Source: Octopus bimaculoides (Eukaryota). Taken from it: a stretch of DNA of 64,000 nucleotides. The first letter of the stretch is position 1. Every line of letters starts with the position of its first letter. The position numbers and the translations under genes were made by a program. Where the stretch lies: positions 20,858,418-20,922,417 of the forward strand of contig NC_069007.1 of NCBI RefSeq assembly GCF_001194135.2. Reading direction: 5' to 3'. Below, piece after piece: positions 59,461-64,000 of the stretch. The notes beneath the pieces are model-generated. The model saw only the letters and a program-made list of their open reading frames with translations. It had not been told where the DNA came from and searched no databases.

Positions 59461-59629
59461 TCTTCTTTATATGAAAACATTTGTGTTAAGCTAAATCACA
59501 ACTACAACAGAATGGAGTATCACGCATACTACACCGATGTGGTTTCTTAGCCGTATATATGTGTTTTTGTTTATTTAAGACAACTCCAAAAGAAAATGAT
59601 TCACCAGAAACATCACAGTGATATCCTTT

Positions 59630-60571
59630 CTATCCTGTGTGAATGCATTTGTGCCTAGATAAGCCTCCTGCCTGAGAGAAAAATTTACCACAGATATCAC
59701 AGTGATATGGTTTCTCTCCTGTGTGAGTACGTTTATGTCTAGTTAAGTCACTACTTCTAGCAACTGATTTACCACAGATATCACAGTGATATGGTTTGTC
59801 TCCAGTATGAATGCGTTTGTGTCTAGTCAAATCACTACACCCAGCAAACAATTTACCACAAATATCACAATGATATGGTTTCTCTCCTGTATGAATGCGT
59901 CTGTGTCTTACTAAAAAATCAATTTGAGAGAATGTTCTACCACAAATATCACAGTGATACGGTTTGTCTCCAGTATGAGTGCGATTGTGTCGTGTTAAAG
60001 CACCACTTTCAGAGAATGATTTACCACAGATATCACAGTGATATGGTTTTTCTCCTGTATGAATGCGTTTGTGTCTTGTCAAGAAATCACTTTGAGAGAA
60101 TGCACTACCACAGATATCACAGTCATATGGCTTATCTCCTGTATGAGTACGGTTGTGTCTTGTTAAAGCCCCACTTTCGGAAAATAATTTACCACAGATA
60201 TCACAGTGATGAGCTCTCTCTCCTGTATGAATGCGTTTGTGGTAAGTTAAGAGACTTTTTTGAGAGAATGATTTGCCACAGATATCACAGTGATACGGTT
60301 TCTCTCCTGTATGAATGAGTTTGTGAGAAGTTAAGTTATGATTTACAGAGAATGATTTTCCGCAGATGTCACACTGATATGGTTTTTCTCCTGTGTGAGT
60401 ACGTTTGTGTTTAGTCAAGTTACTACCCCCAGCAAACGACTTACCACAGATATTACAGTGAAATGGTTTCTCTCCAGTATGAATGAGTATGTGAGTTTTC
60501 AGATTAGATTTTTGAGAGAACGACTTGTGACAGATATCACAGTCATATGAATTTTCTGTTCCTTTCAGCAT
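59630..60571 (-). CDS. ZF17: C2H2 zinc-finger protein, 11 fingers (CD family)
   Basis: [17 protein letters not shown]...; TAG stop in a TGEK linker followed by decayed in-frame fingers. Confidence 0.92.
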   Translation of the reverse strand: MLKGTENSYDCDICHKSFSQKSNLKTHILIHTGEKPFHCNICGKSFAGGSNLTKHKRTHTGEKPYQCDICGKSFSVNHNLTSHKLIHTGEKPYHCDICGKSFSQKSLLTYHKRIHTGERAHHCDICGKLFSESGALTRHNRTHTGDKPYDCDICGSAFSQSDFLTRHKRIHTGEKPYHCDICGKSFSESGALTRHNRTHTGDKPYHCDICGRTFSQIDFLVRHRRIHTGEKPYHCDICGKLFAGCSDLTRHKRIHTGDKPYHCDICGKSVARSSDLTRHKRTHTGEKPYHCDICGKFFSQAGGLSRHKCIHTG

Positions 60572-60989
60572 TCTTCAAGATAAATATATAAATTTTTTTC
60601 AATTTCTCAGAAAACTACTCTTACTCTATCACATGGATATTACGGGTGTTTTTCCTTCTTTATTTTAAAATTTTTTAATCACAATGAATATGTCTCAGCT
60701 AGAATTTCTTCAAATGAGATCTTCATAGCTATATAACAACGCTGTGTACTCCTATATAAATTTGTCCAAGCTTATTTAAAATACAGAATCATCTGCTACA
60801 TATTCCAGACAGTGAAGCTGAGAAATTTCTCAAGTAATTCCTGTTCAGAAGAAATATTTCACATTAATTCTTTGCAGATTTATGTAAATGGGATTTTCAT
60901 CTGTTTTGTACAATATCTTCCTTTAACCTTGAATTGATGACGGTGATAATGATGTATTAGAAGTTCTTCTGGCAATGTCATCCGATGTT

Positions 60990-61008
60990 CTGAAATGAAG
61001 AAACAGAA
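60990..61008 (-). other. Splice acceptor upstream of ZF17
   Basis: Minus strand TTCTGTTTCTTCATTTCAG|AACATCGGATGAC. Confidence 0.65.
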
Positions 61009-62571
61009 TAAGGTATAGAGAATACTTAAAAAGATGTGATTCAACATTGGAAATTTTACTTTAATTTCTATATTGGCAAACTGTAAATAAGAAACCAAGT
61101 TTTCTATGTTAGTGGAATCTTTGGAAGATAGATTCAAAAGAAGGCCTAAGTGGTGACGGCTAACCAGAAGATGCAGTATAGAGAAGTTACATAAGATAGT
61201 ATTGATTGGTGATACATGGTACTACCAACCACAGTTTAACATGCATCAAAATGAGGGTAATTATAGAAACTGGTATATATATATATATACATATCAGTGG
61301 TGACTGTTGTTTGCTGCTTGCAACAGCTACTGTTGGCATGCCAACTCGCGTGCGTTCTCTCAATCTCTTTCGCGTCCTTTCCCACTTCCCTAACACAACA
61401 TTTTTTACGGAGACTGCCGAATTGATGTAAATAAAGAGATGACAGAAAAAAGGATTAGTATCGAAAGATCGCCATTTTTTTTAACCGAAAATATTTCTCT
61501 CACGTGTTTTAAGTCCGGACTGGGGTGGTGAGAGTGACAAAAAAAAAAATCATAAATTTTCAAAATCTTTTTTCTTTTTTCCATGAAAAGATGCTTTCCA
61601 TCATTCCGAAGACTGTGTTAAAAAAAAAAATTGGAAAAAATCGCCGTCAAAACGGAGAGATTCCAACTTATATGGACCGTCTAAACCAAAACTCCCCCAC
61701 CCCACCCCCTTCCAAAAAATTTTGCCTACAAATTTCTTTGTCGTCGTATTCTGCACCATTTGAAAGGTATTTGTATAAAATTTCGTTAAAGAATACCCAT
61801 TTTCAGCAAAGTTGAGTGTGGAGAATGTCGGGTCTTGTGAATATTCCGAAACTCCTCTCAACTCATCGGAAACATCTTTACATACTCTCTATCTACAGGA
61901 TCGAAGCGGTTATTTGTTGCAAAAATTCGTTAAAAAGTATCCATTTCTTTTTTTCTGGAAGCAACAAAGTCGGGTCGGGTCGGGGCTGGGCTGGGGTGTA
62001 CACCTACCTCATTACGTAGTAATATCGTTCTGACATTAAACGAAGATATCTCTCATAATGGTACCTCACTTTTTTTTATCAGTTTCTCTCCAAAACATCC
62101 ACAAAAATACATGCGTGTCCGCACACATATTATCTAGCAATACATTACTAGTTATGGCGTACGAATATTGCGTGCATTTTTCCTCACTGATGGACAACTT
62201 ACTGGAAATATATATTAACATGTGCATTCCCAGAACACATACACACATATTAATAATACTTACTTAGATCCCAATAAGAAAGACGTCACTGCATATTCAA
62301 GTAGTCGTTCTATGAAAGTATATAAATAATACTTAGATACCAACATAGGCACAGTGTAAAATAGGTCACAGTGTTCTCTGCGATTTAACTGTTAGTTACC
62401 AGTTACCAGTCATGAATACTCAATTGGTGCCCGTTAAATAAGAGTTACGAAGATGAGATGCTTGTGAAACTGGAGCACAAAGGGCACTGACTCTAGCGCT
62501 GTTCCGGTGTAGCGCTTTCACAATACGTTCATTCATTTTATTTCCCGTTAACTTCAGATTACGAGAAGACA

Positions 62572-62924
62572 GTGGAGGCGCAATGGCCCAGTGGTTAGGG
62601 CAGCGGACTCGCGGTCATAGGATCGCGGTTTCGATTCCCAGAGCGGGCGTTGTGAGTATTTATTGAGTGAAAACACCTAAAGCCCCGCGAGGCTCCGGCA
62701 GGGGATGGTGGCGAACTCTGCTGTACTCTTCCACCACAACTTTCTCTCACTCTTTCTTTCTGTTTCTGTTGTACCTGTAATTCAAAGGGCCAGTCTTGTC
62801 ACACACACTGTGTCACGCTGAATATCTCCGAGAACTACGTTAAGGGTACACGTGTCTGTGGAGTGCTCAGCCACTTGCACGTTAATTTCACGAGCAGGCT
62901 GTTCCGTTGATCGTAAGCGACGGA
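62572..62924 (+). mobile_element. tRNA-derived SINE family E, near full length
   Basis: High identity to 47686-48056; small 3' internal deletion. Confidence 0.88.
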
Positions 62925-63821
62925 TATTTCTCTGATATTCAAATGACGTTTGCTAATTTTTCACCCAATATCTCACTTATTTCTATTTGAAATGTTATTT
63001 CGATCATTCCAGCATATTTCTAAGGTTGTTCATAAAAAAATTCCAGTTAATAGAATTATGGCAGGTAATGGGTTAAAGCTCCGTGGCTCAACAGCGTGAC
63101 ACTGGAATTGCCATGGCAACAAATGGCTTTGGCTTCCGCTCGGGAGGACAATGGACTTGTTTGATTGGCTAAAATTACGGAGATTTAATTGCTTCTAACT
63201 TTATTATTATCAATTTCCCGGAAAAATTAATGCAGTTGTCTTTATCAGCAAGTAAGACTACATCGAAAGTACGTTTTCTGAACATTTTCAGGCTAACATT
63301 TGACAACATACGAATAACTGGAAGAAATGAAAAGATCCGCTCTGAATAATAAATAATTATCTTTGAGAAGCACCATTCCATTTACAGAAGCTTCTTTTCC
63401 TGCTGCTAAGTATATTCAACCTTAACCGTTTTATTCAACTGAGCATCCAGGGAATTAAGTGCCACTATATCTCCCGGTATCTCTTCAGTAAGTCGCATAT
63501 TTTATGTTCTTGATGCTTATATAAATACCGTTTCCTTGTCGATACTGGGACAGCATTCACCCTAATTACAGAAATTACTCAAAACACATCTACTCAGTCC
63601 AAAACATTTATGTTACTCAATGAGTTCCACTTTACAATTGATATTCAGTTGGAGATCGAAATAAATATACGTGGTTGGTAATTAACTGTGTAAAATAACG
63701 TTTAAATCACAGAGCATGTTGTGACATATTCTACACTGGGTCCTATATTAATTAATATTTAAATATTATTATATACTGTCATAGAACGACTACTTGAAAA
63801 TATAATTAGATCTGAGTAAAT

Positions 63822-64000
63822 ATTATCGGAATCGTTGACACGCCGAGCAAAGTGCTTAGCGACATTTTGTCCATCCTTACGTTCTGAGTTCAAATTCCGC
63901 CTAGATCGCCTTTCACCCTTTCGGAATCGATGAGATAAGTAACAGTCGAGCCCTGGTTGGGTCCATGAAATTGATTTGTCCCCTTCCCCAAAATTTCAGG
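63822..64000 (+). mobile_element. SINE family A running off the window end
   Basis: Same core motifs as the other family A copies. Confidence 0.8.

Noticed and set aside
59490-59632. UAG-to-UIG editing read-through extending ZF17
   Set aside because: The frame stays open for under 50 codons, but both downstream fingers lack Zn ligands, so read-through would add no functional finger.
1104-60318. Antisense and alternate-frame ORFs over the arrays (e.g. [16 protein letters not shown] at 1104, 9008, 50608, 52026, 59875)
   Set aside because: Shadows of the 84-bp finger repeat; they track the finger codons exactly and have no independent start or upstream context.
926-60571. KRAB, SCAN, BTB, ZAD or SET domains, and named orthologues
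   Set aside because: No such motif is recognisable; similarity to vertebrate ZNF names would reflect only the generic finger repeat, so gene symbols are left empty.
62258-62295. Possible ZF17 exon 1 donor (TAA|GTAAGT on the minus strand) near a TGACGTC site
   Set aside because: Lacks the E-box/ETS pair seen in its paralogues; too weak to call without RNA data.
35935-62640. tRNA genes
   Set aside because: The tRNA-like segments are SINE heads joined to repeat bodies; no complete cloverleaf was seen.

Overview
AT-rich eukaryotic (animal) genomic DNA, not prokaryotic. The window is a dense cluster of 17 tandem-array C2H2 zinc-finger genes (my labels ZF1-ZF17; at least 220 fingers by manual count, 84-bp period, mixed orientation +,+,-,-,-,-,+,+,-,+,+,-,+,+,+,-,-). 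They are interspersed with several tRNA-derived SINE families, TTAA-flanked MITEs, mariner, RTE/CR1 and Chapaev3-like remnants, microsatellites and five assembly gaps. The repeat families and the ZNF expansion look like Octopus (recognition from memory, not verified). Two distinct gene architectures are visible. Family CD (ZF1-3, 13-15, 17; 'C-D-I-C-G-K-S-F-S' fingers) has a conserved TTTCAG splice acceptor and a homologous 240-430 nt non-coding leader before the finger ORF; in ZF2, 3 and 13 there is also a GTCACnTGA...ACTTCCG promoter with a short non-coding first exon. Family MEDV (ZF4-12, 16; 'C-E-I-C' fingers) appears intronless, with a conserved ~90-bp CpG-retaining upstream cassette, a conserved ~50-70 aa N-terminal module and an acidic first finger. 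No KRAB, SCAN, BTB or ZAD domain is recognisable. The most notable observations are the MEDV cassette and N-terminal module, a promoterless exon-sized duplicate (ZF15), a finger-derived 80-bp minisatellite, a finger converted in frame into an acidic linker, a shared 2-bp-deletion terminus and a 67-bp-arm hairpin with hammerhead-like boxes. All counts and alignments were done by eye.
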